Shown here one piece after another: positions 1 through 12,737 of a stretch of DNA of 64,000 nucleotides. The notes under the pieces are model-generated. The model made no database searches and was not told the origin of the DNA. It worked only from the letters and a program-made list of their open reading frames with translations. Numbering within the stretch: the stretch's first letter is position 1; each line of letters begins with the position of its first letter. This DNA is from Somniosus microcephalus (lineage: Eukaryota). The stretch lies in NCBI GenBank assembly GCA_052327205.1, contig CM126216.1:89962001-90026000 (forward strand). Direction: 5' to 3'. The position numbers and the translations under genes were made by a program.

Positions 1-615
1 GAATAGGATTTGTGCGACTAAAGCATGCTCCCACAGAAAAAGGACAAGTGGCTAAACTGGGAAAGAGGATTGGCTACCTACGGTTGACATTTTATGGGTA
101 CGTAAAAAAAAATAATTCCAACCATCATAACATGTTGCAACAAAATGCACTTATCCTGCCTATCATGTACTGTGGCTGTAACACACACAAGTGTTAATCC
201 TTCCGAACATATCCTGAAATCAATAAATAGCTATTCACGTATGACCTATTTCAATTTTTACAGAATAGATTTTGGAATCAACTACTTTTTTAAAAATCAG
301 TAAACCTTGGAATGTGTTAATGGTATGTGCATTTGCCTCGATATTAATGAACTAAGACATTAATATAACAGAAAGAAAATTGATTCAACAACAACAGATT
401 TTAACGTAAAAATAAAAATGAAATGAAATAAAAAAGACCTCCCTTCCAGTGGTTTGCTGCCCTGGCTACACTTTCCACTGCATAATATGGAAATGAAAAC
501 ACACAGGAAATAAGAGATTTGGAGGTGAGACCAAAAGCTTGGTGGAAGAGATGGATTTGAAGCAGGTTTTTAAAAAGATGCAAAGAGAAGTGCTCAGATG
601 GGAAGGGAGTTATAA

Positions 616-1684
616 TCATACCTAGCACAAAGGAAGTTGGCTGTGGTTGTTGGAGGTCATTCATCTCAATCACATGACATCACTGCAGGAGTTCCTCAGG
701 GCAGTGTCCTAGGCCCAACCATCTTCAGCTGTTTCATCAATGACCTTCCCTCCATCATAAGGTCAGAAGTGGGGATGTTCGCTGATGATTGCACACTGTT
801 CAGCACCATTCGAGACTCGTCAGATACTGACGCAGTCCGTGTCCATATGCAGCAAGACCTGGACAACATTCAGACTTGGGCTGACAAGTGGCAAGTAACA
901 TTCGCACCACATAAGTGCCAGGCAATGACCATCTCCAACAAGCGAGACTCTAACCATCTCCCCTTGACATTCAATGGCATTACCATCGCTGAATCCCCCA
1001 CTATCAACATCCTGGGGGTTACCATTGATCAGAAACTGAACTGGACCAGCCATATAAATACTGTGGCTACAAGAGCAGGCCAGAGGCTGGGAATTCTGCG
1101 GTGAGTGTCTCACCTCCTGACTCCCCAAAGCCTTTCCACCATCTACAAGGCACAAGTCAGGAGTGTGATGGAATACTCTCCACTTGCCTGGATGAGTGCA
1201 GCTCCAACAACACTCAAGAAGCTCGACACCATTCGGGATAAAGCAGCCCGCTTGATTGGCACTCCATCCACCACCTTCAACATTCACTCCCTCCACCACT
1301 GGCGCACTGTGGCTGCAGTGTGTACCATCTACAAGATGCACTGCAGCAACTCGCCAAAGCTCCTTCAACAGCACCTTCCAAACCCGCGACCTCTACCACT
1401 TAGAAGGACAAGGGCAGCAGACGCATGGGAACATCACCACCTACAAGTTCCCCTCCAAGCCACACACCATCCTGACTTGGACCTGTATCGCCGTTCCTTC
1501 ACTGTCGCTGGGCCAAAATCCTAGAACTCCCTTCCTAACAGCATTGTTGGTGTACCTACACCATATGGACTGCAGCGGTTCAAGAAGGCGGCTCACCACC
1601 ATCTTCTCAAGGGCAATTAGGGATGGGCACTAAATACAGGCCTAGCCAGCGACGCCCACATCCCATCAATGAATTTTAAAAAAA
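616..1684 (+). mobile_element. 5'-truncated CR1-group LINE (family A), RT C-terminal half plus 3' UTR and A tail
   Basis: GVPQGSVLGP and FADD RT motifs in ORF 637-1104; CGA>TGA stop at 1102; 3' end gggcaattagggatgggc...gaattttaaaaaaa. Confidence 0.92.
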
Positions 1685-1742
1685 GTAGGACAAAGATGGC
1701 TGTGGAATTAATGGTGGATCAAAGGAAGGAGGTAAGGCACAA

Positions 1743-2419
1743 AGGGAAAAATTCAGTTGTTTGCACCTCCTGTTAGCGCCTTAAGAGGGCGCTAATGGGG
1801 CGCAAAGCAACTAGCACCCGGGCGTGGCGATGTTTGCACCGCTTGCGAAATTAACTAGACATTTTGCGGTGGCGCTAAACATTACCGCCATGATCTCCTG
1901 CGCCGGCAGATTGTGACGTCAGTCGAGTGCGCAACACCCCGGTAGCGCCCCGAACCGGATATTGAGTGGCGCCCCCTGCCTTACCGCCTGCCGCTAGCAA
2001 CGACAGGTTGAGGGGAGCATTTTGCAGTCAGAAAGGGAGTGGGGGGGTGCTACTTAAAGGCGCCCACTTCCTGTCTTTTTTTGTTGGTGACATTTTTGCA
2101 CCACGCATTCTGAGAGAGAGAGAGAGAGAGACTTCTGGAGTGATTCAACGCTGTGTGAAGGAGTTTTGGGTACTGAGCAGCACTTTGCAGGTTCATTTTG
2201 ATTTGCCCTTCCTTGCTTCGCAAGCACTCTGAGGTAGCGCCTCGCTCCTCGGCCTTTGCGCCTTAAGACAGGTGTGAAGTGCCTGATTTAGCACTCCAAT
2301 CACCTCCAGGGGCGATAAAAGCCAAGTTTGCTGTCGGAGGCGATAATTAGCGCCAGGCGCTAAACTTTGCGCACGGCTGATAATGGCGCCCCAAACGGGG
2401 CGATACTGAATTTTTCCCT
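1743..2419. mobile_element. PIF/Harbinger-like MITE
   Basis: Perfect 15-bp TIR agggaaaaattcagt / actgaatttttccct; 3-bp TSD CAA (1740-1742, 2420-2422); no coding capacity. Confidence 0.8.
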
Positions 2420-3946
2420 CAAAAGGCCAGAGGTGCAGTCTTTTTAGGAGGGATATAAGGCTGGAGGGGCTTGCAGAGATAGAGCGTAGCAAGGCCATGG
2501 ATGGATTTATAGATCAGAACAAAGAATTTGGATTGAAATAAATTGGGGCTAGGGGCCCAGTGTAGATGGACTAGCAGGACTTATTGCAGGCCAGGATACA
2601 TGAAGCAAAGTTTTGGACAAGATTTAATTAATGGGGAGCAGAGCATGATAGGCCAGCAAGGAGAGTAGTCAAATCTGGAGGTGAAAAAGCATGTATTTTC
2701 AATGGCAATGGGACTGATATAGGAGCGGAGGTGGGCAATGTTATAAAAGGTGGAAGTAAGCAACCTTGATGATATATAAGATGTTAAATTTAAAGCTCAT
2801 CTTTGGGTTGTGAACTTTAATGCTCAGCTTTGGGTCAAACAGCACAGCGAGATTGTGAGTTTCTTGTTCATCCCGAGAGTGTTGTTAGCAAGGGCGATGG
2901 AGTCAGTAGCAAGGGAGTGGATTTTTTGGGAGGAGCTGAAGACAATGGCTTCAGTTTTGCTGAAGTTGGACTAGAAGTTGTGGTGACTCATCTATGACTT
3001 GATATTAGACAAGCAGTTTGAAAGCATGGAGATAGCTGAGGGGTTGAGAGAAGTGGTAGTGATGTAGAACTGGATATCATCAGCGTACTTGTGAAAGTTG
3101 ACCTGTACCTGCGGGTGATGCTGCTGAAGGGCAGCATGTAGATAAGGAAAAGAAGGGGGCCAAGTATAGATCCTCATGAGGCATGGGAGTGGATATTGCA
3201 GGGGAGAGAATGGAAGACATAGCTGGAGATGCACTGGCTGCATTTGGATAGGTAGGAATGGAACCATGCAAGGGCAGGTCCACAGAGCTGGATAAACGGC
3301 AGTGGAGGAGGATGGCATGGTCAAGGTACTAAATTAATGCAGGAGAGGAGGGAAATGCACCACAATCGCACTCTCAGAGCATGTAATTCGTAACTGGTTT
3401 AGGCTGTTTCAGAGCTATTAGAAGGACAGAACCCAGAATAGATACATTCAAACAAGGAATTTAACCAGAAATTGGCATGCAGCTGGGAGGCAGTGAGTTA
3501 TTCAACAACCTTAGGGAAGTTGGAGATGGGGTGGTAGTTGGCAAGGAGTGATGGGTTGAAGATGATTTTTGGTAAAGGAGGTGGTGATGGTAGTTTTGAA
3601 GGAGAGAAGAATGGTACCTGAGAAGGGGAGCCATTGATGATCTTCGCTAGAATGAGAACCAGGAAGAGCAGTTAAGTTTTCAGGATTTAGAGTGGGAGAA
3701 ATAACTGGGAGCAGCAAGTGAGTCTCATGGGTACGAGAAGCTCAGAGAGGGTGGGATGATGGGTGAGAAACTGCACAAAGACAGGGATGCTGGGCTAGAA
3801 TAGGTGCAAGATATCAGCAGATGCGTCTGCACTAATGGTCGTGATCTTGGAGACAAAGAAATCCATGATCTCCTTACATTTGGTGTTTGAGGGGAGGGTG
3901 GAGGAGGCAGGGAGAAGGGTTTAAAGGAGTAGTTGGTTGTGGAAGA

Positions 3947-4183
3947 TGTTGAGTCTGTGTGTCCCAGTTATGTTTAGGATCAATCACTGGACACAGACAA
4001 CAAGAATAACTTTTAACAGGTCTTTACTATTCGGAGGTCAGGGCTGAACTGCCCAGCAAATCCCTACACAACACTTATATACCGGTGTGGTCACCACCGG
4101 TATTACAGTATACAGCAGCCAAGAGAAAGTAGTACATCTCTTAAGGTAGTTCTCTTAAGGTGGAACAGGTTACATACACCACA
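3947..4183 (-). repeat. 3' LTR of Gypsy element 1
   Basis: Direct repeat of 8890-9126; adjoins the polypurine tract at 4184-4196. Confidence 0.97.
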
Positions 4184-4265
4184 ATCCTCCCTTTTTAGCT
4201 TAACAGTTATATCCCCATTTAACATAACATAATAATAACATATATACAACTTCATGCAAAACAGT

Positions 4266-7200
4266 TCAAAGATTCAGTCTCTGAGGAGGCCTCCTGATTC
4301 GAGTTGGATAACGCCTTTCAGGGGTCTCTGATTCTCGTTGCTGGGGTGACTCATCTAGTTGGTCTCTTGTGGATTGGACATCATCATCAGGTACATTCAC
4401 TTCTGAGGTAGATGCTTCAGGTTCACTAACTTCTTCCACGGTTGTCTCTGCCGTAACCATGGGTTCGACCCTTGTTCTCGATTCTACCAGTTGGTCAGCA
4501 TGACGCCGTATTACATTTTCACCAATATCTACCGTGTACATCAGGGGTCCTTGTCTGGCCCGAATTGTTCCAGATTGCCATTTCTCGTTTTTATAGTCCC
4601 GGGCTAACACTGGTTGTCCTATTTCGAAACTCCGAGTGGTCTTGTTATTTATATGCTGGAACTGTTTGTTTTCAACTTCCCTCCGCACATTTGGTTTTAA
4701 CAAGTCCAACCTGGACCGCAACCTCCTGTTATAGAACATCATGGCAGGACTTTGGTTTGTCACTGCATGAGTGGCGTTTCGATATGCCAGTAGGAATTTG
4801 TCCACCTTGTGTTGTAGTGGAATCTAATCTTCGCTCATGGCCTTTATTGCTTTTTTGAACGTTTCTACAAATCTCTCGGCCAACCCGTTTGTAGCCAGAT
4901 GATATGGGGCAGAGGTATAATGTTTCACCCCATTCTTCTTCATGAATTTCTGGAATTCTTCTGACACGAACTGCGGTCCGTTGTCTGAACATATTTGTTC
5001 TGGCAATCCATTTCTTGCAAATATCGTTCTTAGCACCGCGATCGTCTTTTCCGAGGTAGTGGTAGTCATCTTAATCACTTCTGGCCATTTAGAATGTGCG
5101 TCCACCGCAATTAAAAACATGGAGTCCATGAATGGACCAGCAAAGTCAATATGTACACGTTGCCGTGGGGTTGAAGGCCATTCCCATGAATGCAGCGGTG
5201 CAATCGGAGGTGCATTTTGCACTTTTTGGCACCCTGAGCAGCTTTTCGTCAGATCCTCTATCTGTTGGTCGATACCCGGCCACCACACATAAGCCCTAGC
5301 AAGGCTTTTCATCTTGACTCCCCCCAGATGACCTTCATGCAGTTCCTTTAGAACTCTCTCTCTTAACTTAGGAGGAATAATCACCCTTGTTCCATACATC
5401 AATGTTCCTTGACAGACGGACAGCTGTTCTCGTCTTGCTGAGAATGCCGGTAACAGTGGATCACCATGTGCTGGCCATCCCTTCACTGTCACTTCGTAGA
5501 CCCGGGACAGTGTCGGGTCGTTCCTGGTTTCTCTTTCAATACTTGCATTGGTGACTGGTAAACATTCGATGATGGTCGAGTGAAATAACTCAACAGGGTC
5601 AACCGTCGGTGCCTCCTCCTCTGTAGGTAGTGGCAGGCGTGACAGCCCATCAGCATTACCATGCTGCTTTGTACCTTTGAATTCAATCTGATATTGATGT
5701 GCCCCTAGGAAAAGGGACCATCTCTGGAGTCTCTGTGCTGTCATCACCGAAACACCCTTCTTAGGGTTAAAAATGGATACCAACGGCTGGTGGTCTGTCA
5801 GAAGCGTAAACTTTTGGCCCTGCAGGTAATGATTAAACTTCTTTACTCCCCACACAAGGCTGAGAGCCTCCCTATCTATCTGAGCATAGTTGCGCTCCGC
5901 GGAGGTCAATGATCTGGATGCGAACGCGACTGGCCTCTCCAGGCCATTTGGCAAATTGTGTGAGAGTACTGCCCCAATACCATATGGAGAAGCATCACAA
6001 GCCAAACGAATAGGCAGCGTTGGGTTGAAGTGAGCCAACACTTCCTCTGAGGTGATCAATGCCTTGCTTTTGCGAAAGGCCCTCTTACAGTCCTCGCTCC
6101 ACTTCCATGGTACTCCTTTCTGCAAAAGAGCGTTCAGCGGGTGCAGCACCGTGGATAAATTTGGCAGAAACTTATGGTAATAGTTAATCAACCCTAGGAA
6201 CGACCTCAACTGGGATACATTATCCGGAGCGGGAGCCTTCACAACAGCTTCGATCTTGTCAGGAGACTTATGAAGCCCCTCCTGGTCAATGACATGACCA
6301 CAGTACGAGATCCGCTTCTGAAAGAACTCACATTTCTGGCGATTAACTCGAAGTCCATATTCTTTCAATCTGGTGAGCACCAGTTCCAAATTTGCAAGGT
6401 GTTCCTCGTCATCATCTCCTGTAATCAGAATATCGTCCAGGTAACATTGTGTGCCTGGAATTCCCTGTAATACCTGCTCCATGGCCCTCTGCCAAATTGC
6501 TGGAGCCGATGCCACTCCAAAAACCAGTCTATTATACCGGTACAAGCCTCTATGCGTGTTGATCGTGAGATACTGGCGTGACTCTTCCTCAACTTCCATC
6601 TGTAAGTACGCCTGCGCCAGGTCTATCTTGGTGAAGTGTTTCCCACCAGACAACGAAGCGAAGATATCCTCAATCCGCGGAAGCGGATACTGCACCGTGT
6701 GAAGCACCGGATTAACAGTGATCTTGAAATCTCCACAGATGCGAACCTTCCCCGGTTCCCCCGGCTTGTTGCTCGATGAACGCTTCATGACGGGAACAAT
6801 GGGCGTAGCCCACTCACTCCAGTCTACCTTAGACAGTACTCCTGAACGTTCTAGCCCTTCCAGCTCAGCTTCCACAGCAGGTCGTATCGCATAAGGTACC
6901 GGTCTGGCTTTGAAAAATTTCGGGTTTGCATGTTCTTCAACCTTGATGTTTGCCGTAATTCCTCTCAGTGTTCCCAGTCCCTGTTGGAACACCTCTTTAG
7001 CATCGTCCAATATTCTGGACAATCGTTTAGGTTTGACATCTTTTTTACCGGAATCTACCGTTAGTGCTTTTAAGGAATGCCAGTCCATATTTATTTTCCT
7101 AATCCACTCCCGTCCCAGTAGCGGTGGACCTCCCTCAGGTAGCACATATAAGTCCATTCCTCGGCTTTCTTTGCCCTTGTGGACCACCTTTACCTCTATC

Positions 7201-8206
7201 TTCCCGATGGGGTATACTCTTTGCCCCGTGTATGTTTTCAATACAATCTCCGTATCCCGTAGGGGAATATGTGGGAATAACCTTTTGTAATCTTGCTTAT
7301 TCATGACCGTCAATGCCGATCCAGTGTCCAATTCCATCTTCACTTGGACTCCTGCTATCTGAAGTGTGACCCAAATTGTTTGGAGGTCTGCTTCCTTACC
7401 AACATTGTGTACTCTTAGACTACCCAGTTCATTACTGCTGGAGTCTGAATCTGACTTCTGTTTGTTCGAACTGTTCTCTGTCACCTTGTGTACCTTTCTG
7501 TACTTTTCCTGCGGTGACTTTTTGTTGCTGGTCTTCTTTCCTGACCGGCATACTTTAGCTATGTGACCAAGCCTGCCACATTTTCTGCATTCCTGATTTT
7601 TGAACCAGCACTGGTTCTGATCGTGCGTTGTCTTTCCACAATGATAACATTTTACTGTACCCAAGACCATTTGATTGGTGCTGAGTTCCGGTGACCGTAG
7701 CTGCATTTCCGCCGTGCCTCTCGCTGCGGCTTCTTGCGATGCTGCAATAGTGACAGCTTTATCAAGCGTAAGATCATTCTCCTCAAGCAGTCACTTTTGT
7801 GTTCCTTCTTTTAACAATCCACACACAAATTTATCTCTCAGCGCATCTGCTATTCCTGTTCCAAACTGACAGTACTTCGATAGCTTACGCAGTTCAATTA
7901 AAAATTCAGCGTTGCTTTCGTCTTTCAGCTGCGTTCTTCTGTAAAACTTAAATCGTTCCGCTATCATCAGCGGCATGGGGTTTAAATGATTTTTCAGGAC
8001 AGTAACAATATTCGCGAAAGTCTGATCCGCCGGTTTATTTGGTGATAGAAGGTGCTTCAATAGCCCGTATGTCTTCGCACCCATTGAGCTTAATAAGGTT
8101 ATTCTGGTACCTTATTTGCTTTACAATAAACGTCCATGCGTTCTACATACGTGGTCCAATCTTTGATATCGCTATCAAAGGTATTAATGTTCCCATGTTT
8201 AGGCAT
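4266..8206 (-). pseudogene. gag-pol polyprotein of element 1, disrupted
   Basis: Two CCHC knuckles, protease LDTGS, RT YLDD, RNase H CDAS, integrase HHCC and DDE. In-frame stops at 7791 and 4824, plus a 13-bp deletion near 8100 relative to element 2. Confidence 0.93.
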
Positions 8207-8878
8207 CCTTGCAAGTTTTTAAATTTTTCTTTTTCTCAAAATGGCGGCTTCCCGCGCTTGTCTTCTTCCCCCGCCTACTAAAATGGTGGCTTCCCGCGCT
8301 TGGCGGTCTTTCCCGCGCTCGTCTTCTTCCCCCGCCGACTACAATGGCGGATTCCCGCGTTTGCCTTCTTCCCCCGCTGGCTGCAATGGCGATTGCCGTG
8401 CTGCTGCCGTTCTCACCTCCCCAGCGGTTCTCAATTCCCCGACACTGCTTTGCCTCGCAGCCCCGCTTGCAGCCCGGTCCTTTACACCGGCTGCGTTTGA
8501 GTTCTCCGCGGCTCTCGTGCCTTAAGCTGCCCCGGTCGCTGCGCCTCTCGGCCTCGATTGCAGCCCGGCCCTTTTTACCGGCCGTGGTCGAGTTCTCCGC
8601 CCTTATTCCTCCGTTTTCCCTCCCCTACTCCACAGCCAACACGGCCGACTTTCTGCTCGTGTCGCTGATCGGCTTACCCACCACCGTGGTAGAAGGGATG
8701 ATCACTGCCTGTCGCTGATGGAGGGCTTCGTGGTCAGAATTTTTCTTTTTAACCCGGGTTCTCGATGCCTCCCGTGCGATGGTGCTCAGCAGGATGATGA
8801 GGGCGGATGCCTCTTCTCGACGCCCGCTCTGAGGACGAAGCTGCCTTGAATGTAAAACTGCCGCAGGGTAAGATCGGA

Positions 8879-8888
8879 CTCGTCGCCA
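8879..8888 (-). promoter_or_regulatory. Primer-binding site, tRNA-Ser(GCU)-type
   Basis: TGGCGACGAG one base inside the 5' LTR, complementary to the 3' end CUCGUCGCCA of tRNA-Ser(GCU). The same motif is at 44845-44854. Confidence 0.8.
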
Positions 8889-8889
8889 C

Positions 8890-9126
8890 TGTTGAGTCTG
8901 TGTGTCCCAGTTATGTTTAGGATCAATCACTGGACACAGACAACAAGAATAACTTTTAACAGGTCTTTACTATTCGGAGGTCAGGGCTGAACTGCCCAGC
9001 AAATCCCTACACAACACTTATATACCGGTGTGGTCACCACCGGTATTACAGTATACAGCAGCCAAGAGAAAGTAGTACATCTCCTTAGGTAGTTCTCTTA
9101 AGGTGGAACAGGTTACATACACCACA
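8890..9126 (-). repeat. 5' LTR of Gypsy element 1
   Basis: Direct repeat of 3947-4183; TATA-like ggtatataag on the minus strand. Confidence 0.97.
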
Positions 9127-9659
9127 GAAGAAAAGGAGCTTGGGGTTCTCCTTACCCTCTAGGATGATCTGGAAAGAGTAACAGACAGTTTTAGTTGTGG
9201 AGAGCAAAGGTTCGATTATAGCCAAACCATATATGCCATTTGGTAACTAGCCCAGTTTTTCATTCCTCTGACTTGAGGGGGTTAAGATGGGGGCTATATT
9301 AGTGGAAGCAAAATTGATGGGAGAGAACAACTGATTTACTGAGAATAAGTTTGTTGAAGGCAGAGCCATGGGGACAGTTAAGCAGAGCAGCAGTGGCAGA
9401 GGTGTCGGTGACGGATGGAGGTGCTGTTAGGAACGCTAACGGGAAAGGTTTTATTAAAGAACCCATTTAATGCTTAGGACTCCATTTTGTAGTTAAAAGA
9501 CAGTTTTTGCTGAATTTGTTGGAACAGACGATATCACGAGTATGTCCCAAGACAGCTCAAATCACCCAAGGCCAAATTTGAAAGGCTGTATCGAATGTCA
9601 TCATATAAAGTAGCCTTGTGTAGTTCGAACCTTCTAATAGATACATCCATCTGGTTGAA

Positions 9660-10142
9660 GGCCGGAGTTTGCGGTGGGGAAGAACGATGAGCATTCGCTG
9701 TTATTACCCCTTGAAACTGACCGCAACTTCAGGATGTAGCGCATGCGCATCTAAATGCGGAAATCCTGAAGTTGTGGTCAGAAATTCACTGCTCCGACAC
9801 AGGCTGTGCTGTGCTGCCATCACCCCCCGCAACAGCCGGCAATCAGTGAAATCAGTGAAACTGACGAAAACTTGGGCTTTTCTGCGGTAATATCGCTGCT
9901 AAATACCCCATTAAATGTTAGGCCTTGTTGAAATTAGGTGTAACTGGGGTTTTAACAGCATATTGACTTCTAAACAAACGCTTTGGCCTTCAAGAAATGT
10001 TTTTAATTTTGTGGAGTGTCAAATTTCTCCACTATGATAAAATTTACAATTTTGAAGAAAGATCTCGCGATCTCTGTGGGCAGCTTTCTTCAGTGCCAGT
10101 GGTGCATGCCCTTGCTTCACCGCTGGCCCCAAACTCCGGGCC
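9660..10142. mobile_element. PIF/Harbinger-like MITE
   Basis: TIR ggccggagtttg / caaactccgggcc; TSD not clear. Confidence 0.6.
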
Positions 10143-10616
10143 ATTATGTTTACCTTTTCTGTACGGGTAAGGAAGTTTTTGCACCAAGCTGGTACCTCGA
10201 GCAGGATAAATCAACAAGGGCCACAGGTGAGGGAATAGAGAATTTGAGAGCAAGTTTGTGAAGGAGCTGAGCAAGAGCTTTTGTATGGATGGATGTTTAT
10301 AAAAATAGGATTAGAAGAGAGTAGAGGGCTATGGGTGATAAGGGAGTTGAGGAAATGGTCAGAGATTGCCTTGTCAGTGCTGGAGAACTTGAATGCAAAG
10401 AACCAGGAGAGATGATTAAGTCAAGGGGATGGCCAAGGAAATGGGTGAGGGAGTTTATATGAAGAGTGCGGAGGACATCTCAGTAAGGAAGTCAGCATGG
10501 GGCTGGCGCGGGGAGGCTGGTAAATGATGAGAAGCTTAAAAGAGAAGCATAAGGGTTGAAAGAGGAAGAGCTGCTCAAAAGAGAAGATTCAGAGGAGTAG
10601 AAAGAGACTTGGTGAT

Positions 10617-11639
10617 TTTTTTTTATTCGTTCCTGTGATGTGGGCGTCGCTGGCAAGGCCAGCATTTATTGCCCAACCCTAATTGCCCTTGAGAAGGTGG
10701 TGGTGAGCCGCCTTCTTGAACCGCTGCAGTCCTTATGGTGAAGGTACTCCCGCAGTGCTGTTGGTGAGGGAGTTCCAGGATTTTGATCCAGCGACAATGA
10801 AGGAACGACGATATATTTCCAAGTCAGGATGGTCTGTAACTTGGAGGGGAACTTGCAGGTGGTGGTGTTCCCATGTGCCTGCTGCCCTTGTCCTTCTAGG
10901 TGGAAGAGGTCGCGGGTTTGGGAGGTGCTGCTGAAGAAGCCTTGGCGAATTGCTGCAGTGCATCTTGTAGATGATACACACTGCAGCCATGGTGCGCCAG
11001 TGAATGCTTAAGGTGGTGGATGATGTGCCAATCAAGCGGGCTGCTTTGTCCTGGATGGTGTTGAGCTTCTTGAGTGTTGTTGGAGCTGCACTCATCCAGG
11101 CAAGTGGACAGCATTCCAACACACTTGTGCCTTGTAGATGGTGGAAAGGCTTTGGAGAGTCAGGAGATGAGACACTCGCCGCAGAATACCCAGCCTCTGA
11201 CCTGCTCTTATAGCCACAGTATTTTTGTGGCTGGTCCAGTTAAGTTTCTGGTCAATGGTGACCCCCAGAATATTGATGGTGGGGGATTTGGCGATGGTAA
11301 TGCTGTTGAATGTCAAGGGGCTGTGGTTAGACTCTCGCTTGTTGGAGATAGTCATCTGGCACTTGTGCGGCACAAATGCTTCTTGCCACTTATCAGCCTA
11401 AGCCTGAATGTCATCCAGCTCTTGCTGCATGCGGGCATGGACTGCTTCATTATCTGATGAGTTGCGAATGGAACTGCACACTGTGCAGTCATCAGCGAAC
11501 ATCCCGACTTCTGACCTTATGATGGCGGGAAGGTCATTGATAAAGCAGCTGAAGATGGCTGGGCCCAGGACACTGCCCTGAGGAACTCCTGCAGTGATGT
11601 TCTGAGGCTTAGATGATTGACCTCCAACAACTACAACCA
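10617..11639 (-). mobile_element. 5'-truncated CR1-group LINE (family A)
   Basis: RT motifs GVPQGSVLGP and FADD; poly-T at about 10616-10624; TSD TGGTGAT (10610-10616, 11640-11646). Confidence 0.92.
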
Positions 11640-12029
11640 TGGTGATGCAGTCATATCACCGCCACAGTGATATGGGCAGGACTGGCAGTGGAAAGTGTAT
11701 CCAGGACAGCAGACCACTGGAAGAGAGGAGGAATTGTTGTCCAGGAGCCATGTTTTGGTCAATGTCAGAAAGACAACTGAATCATCCAAAATGAGGCTGT
11801 GAATGATAAGGGCATTGTTTGCAAGTGGCGAATTTTCTTGAGGAATACACACAGAGGGCCAATGATTGTTTATCTGTCAGAGGGGCAGCAATTTAAGAGC
11901 TGAGCAAGATGCAGAGGAGATTGAGGAGACTAGCTCCTGAGAAGCATGCAGGGCAAGTGGAGGATCCTGCTCTGGCGAGCCAGCGATAGGTTCCATGTCG
12001 GGTCCGGCAAAGAATACTGAGGGAGGCTG

Positions 12030-12737
12030 TGGGCTCGTGAATGGTGGTGGACAATTAAACAACTAACGGGAGGAGGAGGCTCCATGAATATCCCCATCCT
12101 CAATGATGGCGGAGCCCACCACATGAGTGCAAAAGACAAAGCTGAATCATTTGCAACCATCTTCAACCAGAAGTGGATGATGCATATTGGCCTCCTCCTG
12201 AGGTCCCCACCACCACAGAAGCCAGTCTTCAGCCAAATCGATTCACTCCACGTGATATCAAGAAATGGCTGAGCGCACTGGATACAGCAAAGGCTTTGGG
12301 CTCCGACAACATTCGGCTGTCGTGCTGATCACTTGTGCTCCAGAACTAGCCGCGCCTCTAGCCAAGCTATTCCAGTACAGCTGTAACACTGGCCAAGCTG
12401 ATCCAGTACAGCTGTAATACTGGCCAAGCTATTCCAGTACAGCTGTAACACTGGCCAAGCTGTTCCAGTACAGCTGTAACACTGGCCAAGCTGTTCCAGT
12501 ACAGCTGTAATACTGGCCAAGCTATTCCAGTACAGCTGTAACACTGGCCAAGCTGTTCCAGTACAGCTGTAACACTGGCCAAGCTGTTCCAGTACAGCTG
12601 TAATACTGGCCAAGCTGTTCCAGTACAGCTGTAATACTGGCCAAGCTGTTCCAGTACAGCTGTAATACTGGCCAAGCCATTCCAGTACAGCTGTAACACT
12701 GGCCAAACTGTTCCAGTACAGCTGTAACACTGGCATC
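12030..12737 (+). mobile_element. Internal fragment of family A LINE ending in a minisatellite
   Basis: Matches 13995-14365 (MNIPILNDGGA...KDKAE). Confidence 0.85.
12361..12732. repeat. 31-bp minisatellite, 12 copies
   Basis: Unit gccaagctgttccagtacagctgtaa(c/t)actg at exact 31-bp spacing with no spacers. Confidence 0.97.

Larger units (their letters stand above)
3947..9126 (-). mobile_element. Full-length Ty3/Gypsy LTR retrotransposon, Mag-type (element 1)
   Basis: 237-bp TG...CA LTRs at 3947-4183 and 8890-9126 (2 mismatches by eye); TSD GAAGA; PBS TGGCGACGAG; PPT aaaaagggaggat; gag-PR-RT-RNaseH-IN order. Confidence 0.97.
470..11880 (-). mobile_element. Ancient L2 LINE, fragmented by at least five younger insertions
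   Basis: Collinear decayed L2 pieces: 3' end at about 470-615; RT (HKYADDIQFYITTTSLNPS, 2992-3324); endonuclease N-terminus (IIHSLILDDSVVFLTLTKTWL...PGYTF, 11631-11852). Boundaries are approximate. Confidence 0.7.

Noticed and set aside
307-326. miR-1/206-like seed TGGAATGT
   Set aside because: Only the seed matches; the remainder differs and I see no hairpin partner.
820-1374. Recurrent antisense ORFs over LINE copies (also 10829, 15394, 24808)
   Set aside because: They are shadow frames of the same repeated LINE sequence, with variable ends and no independent evidence.
637-1524. Bacterial retron, group II intron or DGR reverse transcriptase
   Set aside because: Motifs, associated APE endonuclease, 3' tails and TSDs are those of non-LTR retrotransposons.
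4824-4826. Stop-codon readthrough in element 1 integrase
   Set aside because: Element 2 has sense codons at the equivalent site, so a nonsense mutation is the simpler explanation.
12361-12732. CRISPR-like array of 31-bp partly palindromic repeats
   Set aside because: Units are head-to-tail with no spacers, derive from LINE ORF2, and there are no cas genes; the context is eukaryotic.
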